NCBI RefSeq assembly: GCF_006345805.1
Contig: NC_042997.1
Location: forward strand, 15,624,001-15,688,000
Reading direction: 5' to 3'
DNA from: Octopus sinensis
Lineage: Eukaryota
Length of the DNA stretch: 64,000 bases
Numbering within the stretch: position 1 is the stretch's first letter; each line of letters starts with the position of its first letter. Positions 63,913 to 64,000 of the stretch are shown here, in pieces. Under the pieces are notes generated by a model. The model did no database searches and was not told the origin of the DNA. It saw only the letters and a list, made by a program, of their open reading frames with translations. A program made the translations under genes and the position numbers.

Positions 63913-64000
63913 ATCAATAAAGATTCTCACAGATTCCATCTTCTATCTCTCACATTATATATATGATGGTTGTGCACTCGTAGACCGCTAAGTTACGGGG

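Overview
AT-rich animal DNA packed with microsatellites and transposable elements. It is most likely an octopod cephalopod intron or intergenic region; this is inferred from the SINE families and repeat landscape. No intact host gene is recognisable, and almost all ORF-track entries are translated microsatellites. The window holds four tRNA-headed SINE families (called A-D here), RTE, R4/Dong and HERO-like LINE fragments, Penelope-like element (PLE) remnants, a DD37D (maT) Tc1/mariner fossil, two non-autonomous Helitrons, a MITE and a ~4.4-kb tandem duplication. Main result: at least 12 well-formed type I hammerhead ribozyme (HHR) motifs plus several decayed ones, found by eye in unrelated short elements, most next to (TA)n tracts. 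They include a 603-bp head-to-tail unit carrying two intact canonical HHRs exactly one unit apart (retrozyme/circRNA-like, 52941-54430) and a natural-looking G3-C8 compensatory core swap (62993-63039). All folds and alignments were done manually and none were tested.
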